Shown here: piece after piece, positions 19,353-28,363 of the stretch
How the letters are laid out: each line of letters opens with the position of its first letter
Numbering within the stretch: position 1 is the first letter of the stretch
NCBI GenBank assembly: GCA_937899865.1
Contig: CALBRH010000054.1
Span: 23,603 to 87,602, forward strand
DNA length: 64,000 nucleotides
Reading direction: 5' to 3'
Source of the DNA: an uncultured euryarchaeote
Lineage (GTDB): Archaea > Thermoplasmatota > Poseidoniia > Poseidoniales > Poseidoniaceae
The notes under the pieces: model-generated
What the model saw: the letters and a program-made list of their open reading frames with translations, nothing else
What the model was told of the DNA's origin: nothing
Databases searched by the model: none
Made by a program: the position numbers and the translations under genes

Positions 19353-21422
19353 TTGTTAGCAGATTTTGAACAATCAAATATTGATTTAAAATATCTAGTA
19401 AATTATGGATATGTGATAAAAGCAATCAAAGGTGATGAACTATTTAGCGAGACAAAAATAAGTTCTGATTACATCTCTAAACTTGAAAGCCAATTAACTC
19501 TATTTGTCGAATCACAAAAAATTACCAAACCTCTAATTCAGCGAAGAAATGGTATCATCAAACACCTAAGGAAAATTTTGACAAACAAATTCATCAATTC
19601 AAAACTATCCTCTTTTGGCTCCTTCGAGTCAGGGTTAAGCCTATCAAACGGTGATATCGATTTATGCTTAGAATTCAATGGAGAGTCCCCAAAGAAGGTT
19701 CTGAATAAAATCGCTAGAATGTTAAATCAAGATAGTATGAAAAATGTGAAATTAATCACTAATGCCAAAGTCCCAATTGTAAAATTTATTGATAGTCAAT
19801 CGATGATTCCTGTAGACATATCAGTGAATAACAATTTATCAGTTTACAATACAGAACTACTTCGAAGATATTGCGATGTCGATCCAAGGGTAAAACCATT
19901 CATTCTAGCGATCAAGTATTGGGCTAGAAACAGAGGGATATGTGAACCAACATCTGGAACATTCTCATCTTATGCATGGACACTAATCGCGATAAATGCG
20001 CTGCAAACCATGCAAGAACCAGTAATACCTAACCTATGCACTAGAGATGGAACTAATGTTGTTGAGATTGATGGTCAAAATTATGATGTCTCTATGCAAG
20101 ATGTTTCTAATTCTAAATTTATCTCGAAAAATAATGAAACTGTAGCCGAACTAATAATATCATTTTTCTCGAATTTAGCCACCAATTGGCCATGGGATGA
20201 TTTTGTTATTTCTGTTCGAGAAGGTGCACTTATTACAAGAAAGCAGAAAGGTTGGAATCATCAAAAACCCAAAATTAGCAATGCTATACAAGATAAAAAA
20301 ATAATGCGTCTTGGTAAACACTCCCTTCCTGTAGAAGACCCATTTGATGAGATTCATGACTTGAGTATTGTTTTAGATGCTGAAGGAGTGTTTGAAATTA
20401 GAGATGAAGTTTTACGTGCATATTCTTTGTTGCATGAATATAATAATTGGGAAACGATATGTGAAGTAAAATACCCTGAGTTAATTCCTGAATCACCTCA
20501 ATTAGACCTTTTTGGCGACCTAAGAAATTTGTCAGAATCTGAAATTAAGACGGATTTGGAAAACTTATATTCTCAATTGAATATAGTAGAGAAAAGTGTA
20601 TCTATTCGTGAAAGTGAGAGAAATGATGCAATAAGAATGTCAAAGGCTTTGAGAAGAAATGCTGAGTTAGCAAAAGAACAATCTGTACTATCATCTGAAT
20701 TAAGACCAAGAAGATCGCAAATCGATGAAGCTCAAAGTAAGCGAGATTCAAGTAACAATAACTACATACCCGTACATTTAATTGAGGATGAGTTACACCG
20801 AACATATCACAACTTAACTAAGCAATCTGAAACTGGTATTGAATTATCATTTGAAAAAGAGAAGGCCTTATTTTCTTGGTTTTTTGAATTACAAAGCATG
20901 CATGAACATGCTAAGATAACAAGAAAACACCATCGAGAATTTTTGCGATTGGTCAATCAACAAGAAAACGCAATTAATCATATTAAGGACATAAAGCATG
21001 AAATCATCGATGTCAAAAATTTAGGGAATTTTAGAGACTTTGATGATTTAGCAAAAAGATTGCTTATTGAATTAAATCCTTTGAAGAAAGAACGGCGAAA
21101 ACTCCGTCGTGAAGTTGGTCGATTAGAAGCATGGCTGAGAAAACAAAAACATACACCAAATAAGCAACAACATAAAAATCGAAAATCTCGAACTACGAGA
21201 AGAAAAAATGATACGAATGTTAAAGAAATCAAAAATAAAGTTATTTCTGGTGATTCCTTTTCCCTGCAAGACCTCGATTTATTACTGAAAAGTGGTGGGC
21301 TAAAATCTGTCAATAATCAATCTGATAATAATAAAAAAAGTAATAATCAAAAGACCAAGAAAAATAAACCTACTTTGCAACCACATAGAGGGAAAAGAGG
21401 CAAATCATCTAAAAATATTTGA
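19353..21422 (+). CDS. Cid1/TUT-family non-canonical poly(A)/terminal uridylyltransferase fused to a coiled-coil domain
   Basis: FGSFESG...GDIDL, AKVPIVKF, VDISVNN, NTELLRRY, IKYWARNRGI, GTFSSYAWTL, EDPFDEIH. TTG start at 19353 inferred from GGAGG at 19341-19345; the track start is 19263. Confidence 0.85.
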   Translation: MLADFEQSNIDLKYLVNYGYVIKAIKGDELFSETKISSDYISKLESQLTLFVESQKITKPLIQRRNGIIKHLRKILTNKFINSKLSSFGSFESGLSLSNGDIDLCLEFNGESPKKVLNKIARMLNQDSMKNVKLITNAKVPIVKFIDSQSMIPVDISVNNNLSVYNTELLRRYCDVDPRVKPFILAIKYWARNRGICEPTSGTFSSYAWTLIAINALQTMQEPVIPNLCTRDGTNVVEIDGQNYDVSMQDVSNSKFISKNNETVAELIISFFSNLATNWPWDDFVISVREGALITRKQKGWNHQKPKISNAIQDKKIMRLGKHSLPVEDPFDEIHDLSIVLDAEGVFEIRDEVLRAYSLLHEYNNWETICEVKYPELIPESPQLDLFGDLRNLSESEIKTDLENLYSQLNIVEKSVSIRESERNDAIRMSKALRRNAELAKEQSVLSSELRPRRSQIDEAQSKRDSSNNNYIPVHLIEDELHRTYHNLTKQSETGIELSFEKEKALFSWFFELQSMHEHAKITRKHHREFLRLVNQQENAINHIKDIKHEIIDVKNLGNFRDFDDLAKRLLIELNPLKKERRKLRREVGRLEAWLRKQKHTPNKQQHKNRKSRTTRRKNDTNVKEIKNKVISGDSFSLQDLDLLLKSGGLKSVNNQSDNNKKSNNQKTKKNKPTLQPHRGKRGKSSKNI

Positions 21423-21476
21423 AGAGGTGATTAAATTTCCAACCTCCAGTGGATTTTAGGGCCAAAGCCAGAAGAA

Positions 21477-21911
21477 ATGCCAAAAAGCTGGCAATCAAAA
21501 ATTACTGAATTATTCATATCTGAAACTGGTGAAAGTTATACAGAAAATACATTTAGAATGCTAAGTATACCCGAATGGTTTGGAAATAAAATCCTCATAG
21601 ACACTAGTCTCTATCCACTGCCAGAATCACTAATGGGAGTAATGTGGTCTAAGCCTTTATTGGAAAATCGGATTCGTATAGTAGCTTTAGTCATCGATAA
21701 AAAAGTCCAAAATAATTCTCATGGGACAATGATACTTGATGATATAATTGGACACTCAAAATCTGAAGGTAAAATAATGATTCAGTTAGAAGTTCGTAAA
21801 TCAAATATTAAGGCTCAAAAATTCTATTCTCGTCACGGCTTGAAAATAGAAAAGACACTTAAAAATTATTATTCAAACGAAGATGGATTTCTTATGGTAG
21901 GAAATCTTTGA
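21477..21911 (+). CDS. GNAT N-acetyltransferase (RimI-like)
   Basis: LEVRKSNIKAQKFYSRHGL...KNYY...EDGFLM. Confidence 0.85.
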   Translation: MPKSWQSKITELFISETGESYTENTFRMLSIPEWFGNKILIDTSLYPLPESLMGVMWSKPLLENRIRIVALVIDKKVQNNSHGTMILDDIIGHSKSEGKIMIQLEVRKSNIKAQKFYSRHGLKIEKTLKNYYSNEDGFLMVGNL

Positions 21912-21951
21912 TTGTGACTAAAAATTATACACCCAACCGATATGACAAAGC

Positions 21952-22284
21952 ATGGAAGAGTTTGTAGTCTCCGACTTAATTGATTCAAGTTACATCCTCA
22001 GTGCTGCAATACTTGATGATCAAGGATTCGTTATCTCTTCAAAGCCTAATGATAGTAAAACCAAAGAGCAACTATCGAAGTTTGCTGAAATACTCTACTC
22101 ATCTGAAGATTATGACCAGACATCAATAATTACTGAAGAACGAATTATAATTATTCACAAATTGGTAAAAGATTTCACATTAGTCGTAGGATGTGAGACA
22201 AATTCTAATTTAGGATTGTTAAGGAATGAAATTTCTAGCGCAGTATCTCGATTAAACACTTACTTCGATTCAACATCTCGTTAA
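21952..22284 (+). CDS. Roadblock/LC7-like small protein
   Basis: ILSAAILDDQGFVISS start, then beta-strand/helix pattern ending NLGLLRNEI. Confidence 0.6.
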   Translation: MEEFVVSDLIDSSYILSAAILDDQGFVISSKPNDSKTKEQLSKFAEILYSSEDYDQTSIITEERIIIIHKLVKDFTLVVGCETNSNLGLLRNEISSAVSRLNTYFDSTSR

Positions 22285-22389
22285 TCGATGGATTCATCCA
22301 AACAATTGATGATATCAAGCATTAAATGGGGGATACAGTTCGCCATAACAGTGTAAGGTGGGAATCTTGCACGCAAGGTGAGTATTGTA

Positions 22390-23259
22390 ATGAGCGAAAT
22401 TAATCAAGTTCTTGAGCAAAAAAAGAATATGGTAAATGAAAAAGCAACTAAATTCCGTGAGACACGAGACGAGTGGAACAAGAAATCCAAAACTCATTCT
22501 GCAGCAAGAAATGAATTAAATGCTGAAGTCAAAGAACTGATCGTTCAAGTTAGAGAGCAGAGAGAAATTAGAGAACAAATGAATGAAATGGTTCGTGAAA
22601 AGAAAGTTATTCGTCAAGAAGCAAATAAGAAAGTCAAAGAAATTAAATCTCGTATGGATTCATCAAGAGGCCCTGTAGAGCAAGATAATTCACGCGGTAA
22701 ACGTGGCCAGAGACCTATTACTTCTCATCAACTCAGAAAAGAACTTGAAAGATTGGAAAGAGAATTCGAACAAGGTAGACACACCGGTAAGAATGAAAAG
22801 AAAGTTATGAAAAGAATGAAGGAAATAAGTTCCAAACTAAAACAAATGACTTCTATTGATGATAGTAATGAAGACATGAAAGGTCTTCGAGAAGAATTAA
22901 AAATTGCTCTTGCAGAACAAGAGGATGCTCATGAAGAAGTACAAACTGCTGCAAATGCTGCTCAAGAAGCACATGAATTAATGCTACAGTGGAACAAAGA
23001 AGTTGACAAGCAACGAGAAAAGGCGGAATCATGCCATAGAGAGTTACGCAAATCCAAGAAAGAAGCTGACAAAGCACATCACTTGTACATTGTATCTTTA
23101 CGCTGCTTGCACTCAATACAAGACATGTCCGCTGCAATGTCTGGTAATGATGTAGAAGAAGGCGGTTCTAAGGCAAGAGTTGAGGTACAAGATTTGATGA
23201 CTAAATTGATGTCTGGAGATACTCTTTCTACTGAAGAATTGATGCAATTGCAAAAATAG
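22390..23259 (+). CDS. Archaeal coiled-coil protein (COG1340-like)
   Basis: RETRDEWN...ARNELN, EKKVMKRMKEI, terminal KL.SG..LSTEEL..LQ. Confidence 0.8.
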   Translation: MSEINQVLEQKKNMVNEKATKFRETRDEWNKKSKTHSAARNELNAEVKELIVQVREQREIREQMNEMVREKKVIRQEANKKVKEIKSRMDSSRGPVEQDNSRGKRGQRPITSHQLRKELERLEREFEQGRHTGKNEKKVMKRMKEISSKLKQMTSIDDSNEDMKGLREELKIALAEQEDAHEEVQTAANAAQEAHELMLQWNKEVDKQREKAESCHRELRKSKKEADKAHHLYIVSLRCLHSIQDMSAAMSGNDVEEGGSKARVEVQDLMTKLMSGDTLSTEELMQLQK

Positions 23260-23306
23260 AATAATGTCAAAAACAAAATACCGAGTCAACTAATCGATGA
23301 AGAGGC

Positions 23307-24470
23307 ATGACCATGATACAGAAGGACGATATTGCCCAAATCGTCGAAGAATATGACCAATTGAAATTAAGAATTGGCATGACTGCTTCGCATTCAGCAT
23401 TGGATATATGTGATGGAGCAATAGAAGAAGGATTTCCTACCGTTGCATATTGTAAGGAAGGTAGACACAAAACATACGCCAATTATTTCAAGGCACATCG
23501 TACAAATTCTGGAAGAGTTAAACGAGGCATGGTAGATAAAACAATTATTATGGAATCGTTTAATGATGTTATGAAAGAATCGATGCAAGTAGAAATGAGA
23601 AAGAGAAATGTAGTATACATACCTAATCGTTCATTTACTTCTTATTCAACAATAGATGATGTAGAAAATAATTTCCATGTTCCATTGTTTGGCTCAAGAA
23701 ATATGCTTCGTATGGAAGAGCGCACTGAGGAACAAGATTATTATTGGATTCTAGAAAAAGCAGGATTACCATTTCCTGAAGCAATACAAAATCCTGAGGA
23801 TATTGATTGTCTAGTAATCGTAAAACTGCATCATGCACAGAAAAAATTAGAACGTGGTTTCTTCACATGTGCATCTTATCAAGAATATACTGAGAAGTCT
23901 CAAGCGTTATTGAAAAACGGTGTTATTGATCAAGCATCACTAGATGGGGCAAGAATAGAAAAATACGTCATTGGACCAGTATTTAACTTAAATTTCTTTT
24001 ACAGTCCATTAGCAGAACAAGGAGAAAAATTAGAATTGCTTGGGGTCGATTGGCGATTTGAATCTTCATTAGATGGTCATGTAAGATTACCTGCTCCACA
24101 ACAAATGACTATGCCATTGCATCAGCAAATTCCTGAGATGACTGTTGTAGGCCACAATACAGCTACAATTAGAGAATCTTTGCTGGAAAAAGCATTCGAA
24201 CTAGGCGAGAAATTCATCAAGGCTAGTAAAGAGCATTACGACCCAGGTATTATCGGGCCATTCTGCTTGCAAACTTGTATTGACAAAGACATGAATTACT
24301 ACATTTATGATGTTGCACCTAGATTGGGCGGGGGCACAAATGTACATGTCAATGTTGGCCATCCTTATGGCAATGCTACTTGGAGAAAGCCTATGTCAAG
24401 TGGCAGAAGAATTGCTATGGAACTACGTATGGCAGCTGAGCAAGATAGACTTCTAGAAGTACTAACCTGA
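23307..24470 (+). CDS. purP: PurP-family formate-phosphoribosylaminoimidazolecarboxamide ligase
   Basis: ASHSALDI.DGA..EGF.T, IPNRSF, FGSRNMLR.EER, GPFCLQT, RLGGGTN. Confidence 0.9.
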   Translation: MTMIQKDDIAQIVEEYDQLKLRIGMTASHSALDICDGAIEEGFPTVAYCKEGRHKTYANYFKAHRTNSGRVKRGMVDKTIIMESFNDVMKESMQVEMRKRNVVYIPNRSFTSYSTIDDVENNFHVPLFGSRNMLRMEERTEEQDYYWILEKAGLPFPEAIQNPEDIDCLVIVKLHHAQKKLERGFFTCASYQEYTEKSQALLKNGVIDQASLDGARIEKYVIGPVFNLNFFYSPLAEQGEKLELLGVDWRFESSLDGHVRLPAPQQMTMPLHQQIPEMTVVGHNTATIRESLLEKAFELGEKFIKASKEHYDPGIIGPFCLQTCIDKDMNYYIYDVAPRLGGGTNVHVNVGHPYGNATWRKPMSSGRRIAMELRMAAEQDRLLEVLT

Positions 24471-24502
24471 TAACTTAATTGTTTGTTATCAATTCTTTTC
24501 TA

Positions 24503-27500
24503 CTAACCCATAAATCCAGGGAAATACTGCTGTGTATATGCTACAGCGTGTTCATGTGGATAGCCTTGGTTGACTAGATTTTGGTAATACTCTCTCGCTG
24601 GATCTGCTTGAGCTACTGGTTGCTGAGGATAACTTTGGTTTTGTGCAACAGCAGCATAATTATGTTGTTGTACTGGTTGTTGTTGAACCATTGGATAGTT
24701 TTGCTGACCCATTTGATTCATCTGCATTGTATTGTATTGCTTATTGGAGTTTCGACCTCGCAAGAAAAATAGAGAACCAATTATTATCAAAATTAGAACT
24801 CCGCCACCAGCAATTGCAATTGTCCCAAATGACGAACCATCTGCACTTGGAGGTGGACCCCATCTTGTTGGATCATCTGGATAACCATCTGCACCATCAG
24901 AGTAACCCCAATTATCATCTTTGTTTGAATGTCCATCACCATCACTATCATAGCAACCAAATCGGTCAACTGTTGAATTTCCAATAACACTTGAACAGGC
25001 ATCAGCACCCATCGAAATGTTCCAATTTGCGGTTGGATCAGAATATCCATCAGAATCAAAATCAGAGCATCCCAATCTATCAATTGTTGAATCACCTGCA
25101 ACATCTATACAATCATCTGATATTGGAGTTCCAGGATTATCTCCATATCCATCGCCATCGGAATCCGCCCATTGTGAAGAATCATTGGGAAATACATCTC
25201 CACCACTATATTTAGTCCAAAATTCATCAATATTTGAATAACCATCTCCATCAGAGTCAATGCAACCATTTCGATCTTGATTTGAATTACCTGCAATATT
25301 TGGACAATAATCGCCATTGAATCCGTCCAAATTATCCCCAAAACCATCGCCATCAGAATCTAACCATTGGCTAGCTTCTTGAACAAAACCATCCATATTA
25401 TCATACCAGCCATCACCATCAAAGTCTGGACAACCGTAAACACCTTGCTGATTTGATGAACCTGCTTGGAATGGACATGCATCCTGCTCATTGAGATTAA
25501 TTGACTCAACATATTCTCCTGGCCAATTTTCCGGCCTATCTAACCATGTCGAATTCCCCCAATTATCACCTAATCCATCGCCATCAAAATCTGACCACTG
25601 AAGGGGATTTTGTGGGAATGCATCAGCACCATTTCCTGAATCCCAAAAATTATCGGGATCGGAATATCCATCCTCATCATAGTCATAACATCCTTGTCTA
25701 TCAAATATCGAATCTCCTGATGTGTCAATACAATCATCTGCATTAACGCCTTCTTGATTATCACCAAAACCATCTCCATCCGAATCTAACCATTGTGATG
25801 GTTCGAAATCGAATGCGTCATCGACATTTGCCCAGCCATCACCATCATTATCTAAACATCCAATTTTCCCATTAGCAGATGAATTACCGAATTGTAAAGG
25901 GCATGTATCGGTATCATCAGACCAAGTATCTCCATCTGAATCAGCACATCCTTGTTCACCTTGAGTTGAAGTCCCGTAATAGGTTGGACAGTCATCAAAT
26001 GAATCATCAAATGCATCGCCATCATCATTCAAGTCTTCATCACTATCTCGGCAACCATCACCATCCATATCTGTAATAGAATCTGAAATCCATGTTGGTC
26101 TTGGTGGATTATAGGATGTTCTTGGACAATTGTCATTCACATCAAGGATACCATCATTATCATCATCATTATCTTCCGGATGATTATCCTTACATCCATC
26201 ATTATCCCAATCAGTTGAATTAGATGGATTATTGAAATCTCTTGTACTAGTCCATCCAGTTTGACTATTTCGAGGGCAATTGTCTGGAAAGTTGTCTGTG
26301 ATTCCATCGTTGTCATCATCAGAATCACATGCATCCCCTTCAGAATCTAAATCAGTATTCTCTTGACCAGGATTTGGAGTATTTGGACAGTTATCATCTT
26401 CATCAGCAACACCGTCACTATCAGCATCTAATACAGCAATAGTTGTTGTTAGCCAAATATAAGGTACCAAAACTGATGTGCTTTGACTTGGAGCGTTTGA
26501 ACTTCCAAAATCAATAGTGCTATTGTAATTACCTGCTACCAATAATGCCCCATTAGGCATCAATGCAATGTCAGAAAGTTGATCATTTGTTGAACTACCA
26601 GCATCAAATAATGCAACTTCATTACCATTTGAATTAAATGTTACAACTACCGAATCATTGAATCCCCGAGTAGAAAATGATTGACTACCGAATGACAGAG
26701 AGCTTTGAGATGAAAGCCCAAGTATAGTGTACCCTGTTGCTTCATCATATTGAACAGCAGAACCAGTATCATAACTTGAACCTCCTACTGATTTGGCCCA
26801 TTGCCAAGCACCATTAGAACTCATACTTGCAACAAATGCATCATCTTCTCCTGCACTATTCAATTGGGTGCCAATTGTAACACTACCCGAAAATGAACCA
26901 GACATGTACAAATTGTTTTGACTATCTACATCAATACCGGTAACCAATGAATTACCACTTCCAGATGTTGCATATGCTGATTGCCAGATGCCCGATGAAC
27001 TAATTTTGGCTAGGCCAATTGGAACTTCGTTTATCCCTGCATTAGCAGTTACACTACCAAATGTCATACTGACCTCAAAAGTAGTGGAAATCCAAACATT
27101 GTTACTATTATCTGCAACCATACTATTGACTACCTGAAAACCTTGACCTCTAGCATCATCAATCCATTCACTGAAACCTGAATTGGAATATTTGGCAACA
27201 AATATTTCTGCATCATTCAAATCTAATTGATTACCATTTATTCCATCACCACTATTACCTGCATCTGTATTGCCAAGGAAAAAGCCACCTATAGTTACTG
27301 CATTATTTGAATCTGTAGTGATTGAAGTACTTTGAATCCAATCAATAGAAGTAACTAATGTCCCATCATAATCACCATTACCCCGTAAAGCCTCAGCCCA
27401 GACCCATTGGCCATTAGATGAGAGTTTTGCTACCCATGTGTCAAAATACCCAGTAGATGTTAAGGAAATACTGCCAAATGAAATTGACTCATAGAATCTA

Positions 27501-27955
27501 CCTGTTGCAAAAATATCGCCATTAGGTGCGACTGAAATATCAGCAATATCTACCTCGGCAAAACTTGAAGTCCCGGTAACCGTAACTTTTTGTATCCATT
27601 GCCAATTTCCATTAGCATCGCCTTTTGCTATCCATGGTTCTATATTTTGACTTGAAGTAATACTCTGTGATCCCAAAGACATTGTTGTTGAACCACTCAT
27701 TATTCCAGCAACTATAACTTCATTGTTATTTGAACTTTCAACTGAGGTTAATACAACAGGGTTTGCAGCACTAACCGAAGAAGACCAATCATTGGAGTTT
27801 TTTGATACAAAATAATCGATTGATGAATTACTATCATCGAGTATTGAAGATTCTTCTAAGTCTCTATTGTCCATTACTGAGTGAAAACTCATTGTTAAAA
27901 GAGTAAAAATCGTAAGAATAATTGCCACTGAATTAATCAATTTCGTAGTACTCAT
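24503..27955 (-). CDS. Surface protein: beta-propeller-like region, thrombospondin type-3 (Ca-binding) repeats, TM helix, Gln-rich cytoplasmic tail
   Basis: Repeated ..K....G.W.WA.. blades; many D.DGDG.GD/DNCP motifs; TM; C-terminal YY..LV.QGYP.E.A. Confidence 0.85.
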   Translation of the reverse strand: MSTTKLINSVAIILTIFTLLTMSFHSVMDNRDLEESSILDDSNSSIDYFVSKNSNDWSSSVSAANPVVLTSVESSNNNEVIVAGIMSGSTTMSLGSQSITSSQNIEPWIAKGDANGNWQWIQKVTVTGTSSFAEVDIADISVAPNGDIFATGRFYESISFGSISLTSTGYFDTWVAKLSSNGQWVWAEALRGNGDYDGTLVTSIDWIQSTSITTDSNNAVTIGGFFLGNTDAGNSGDGINGNQLDLNDAEIFVAKYSNSGFSEWIDDARGQGFQVVNSMVADNSNNVWISTTFEVSMTFGSVTANAGINEVPIGLAKISSSGIWQSAYATSGSGNSLVTGIDVDSQNNLYMSGSFSGSVTIGTQLNSAGEDDAFVASMSSNGAWQWAKSVGGSSYDTGSAVQYDEATGYTILGLSSQSSLSFGSQSFSTRGFNDSVVVTFNSNGNEVALFDAGSSTNDQLSDIALMPNGALLVAGNYNSTIDFGSSNAPSQSTSVLVPYIWLTTTIAVLDADSDGVADEDDNCPNTPNPGQENTDLDSEGDACDSDDDNDGITDNFPDNCPRNSQTGWTSTRDFNNPSNSTDWDNDGCKDNHPEDNDDDNDGILDVNDNCPRTSYNPPRPTWISDSITDMDGDGCRDSDEDLNDDGDAFDDSFDDCPTYYGTSTQGEQGCADSDGDTWSDDTDTCPLQFGNSSANGKIGCLDNDGDGWANVDDAFDFEPSQWLDSDGDGFGDNQEGVNADDCIDTSGDSIFDRQGCYDYDEDGYSDPDNFWDSGNGADAFPQNPLQWSDFDGDGLGDNWGNSTWLDRPENWPGEYVESINLNEQDACPFQAGSSNQQGVYGCPDFDGDGWYDNMDGFVQEASQWLDSDGDGFGDNLDGFNGDYCPNIAGNSNQDRNGCIDSDGDGYSNIDEFWTKYSGGDVFPNDSSQWADSDGDGYGDNPGTPISDDCIDVAGDSTIDRLGCSDFDSDGYSDPTANWNISMGADACSSVIGNSTVDRFGCYDSDGDGHSNKDDNWGYSDGADGYPDDPTRWGPPPSADGSSFGTIAIAGGGVLILIIIGSLFFLRGRNSNKQYNTMQMNQMGQQNYPMVQQQPVQQHNYAAVAQNQSYPQQPVAQADPAREYYQNLVNQGYPHEHAVAYTQQYFPGFMG
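24860..26430 (-). repeat. Coding thrombospondin type-3 / DxDGDG repeat array
   Basis: Recurrent D.DGDG..D, QW.DSDGDG.GDN and D.CP motifs; boundaries approximate. Confidence 0.85.
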
Positions 27956-28018
27956 GACTCAGACCGTGTAGATGTAGTCATAGGAAGGAAATGAAACCTT
28001 CCCACGATTGATAGTTTA

Positions 28019-28318
28019 TCACTCAATGTTTGAGTCGAGTGATAAAATTTCGCTATCTCCGCCTTCTATAACGGTAATAGTTGATACTGCAAATGGCTTT
28101 CCACATGCAATACCAAGTTCACGATTGACCAATATTGCTCTGTGTTTAATTACACTAGGATGGTTTCCGTGCAAATTATCAATATATTCCTGAGGGCAAT
28201 TCGCTGCAAGGATGACTAGTTTCGCCTCCCCTGAAGCACATGCATCCAGTGCTTGTCTTTGTCCAAATAACAGTTTTCCTGTTGATATTGCTGTCTTTAA
28301 TTGTCTACTCAAATCCAT
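28019..28318 (-). CDS. rpl30e: 50S ribosomal protein L30e
   Basis: L..AI.TGKLLFG, AKLVILAANCP, ELG.ACGKPF.VS; GGAGG upstream of ATG 28318. Confidence 0.95.
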   Translation of the reverse strand: MDLSRQLKTAISTGKLLFGQRQALDACASGEAKLVILAANCPQEYIDNLHGNHPSVIKHRAILVNRELGIACGKPFAVSTITVIEGGDSEILSLDSNIE

Positions 28319-28363
28319 ATTTTTTTCCTCCATACTCCACATTGTTTCTCATGGTTGGAATAA

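Noticed and set aside
19353-21422. CCA-adding enzyme, CBASS CD-NTase or MNT antitoxin as the identity of the nucleotidyltransferase
   Set aside because: These share only the GS/DxD core. The KYWA..RGI..G.FSSYA and EDPF..H motifs are Cid1/TUT-like, and no Cap effector or HEPN gene is adjacent.
22315-22497. 60-aa ORF overlapping the start of the coiled-coil gene
   Set aside because: No recognisable features; overlaps a better supported gene.
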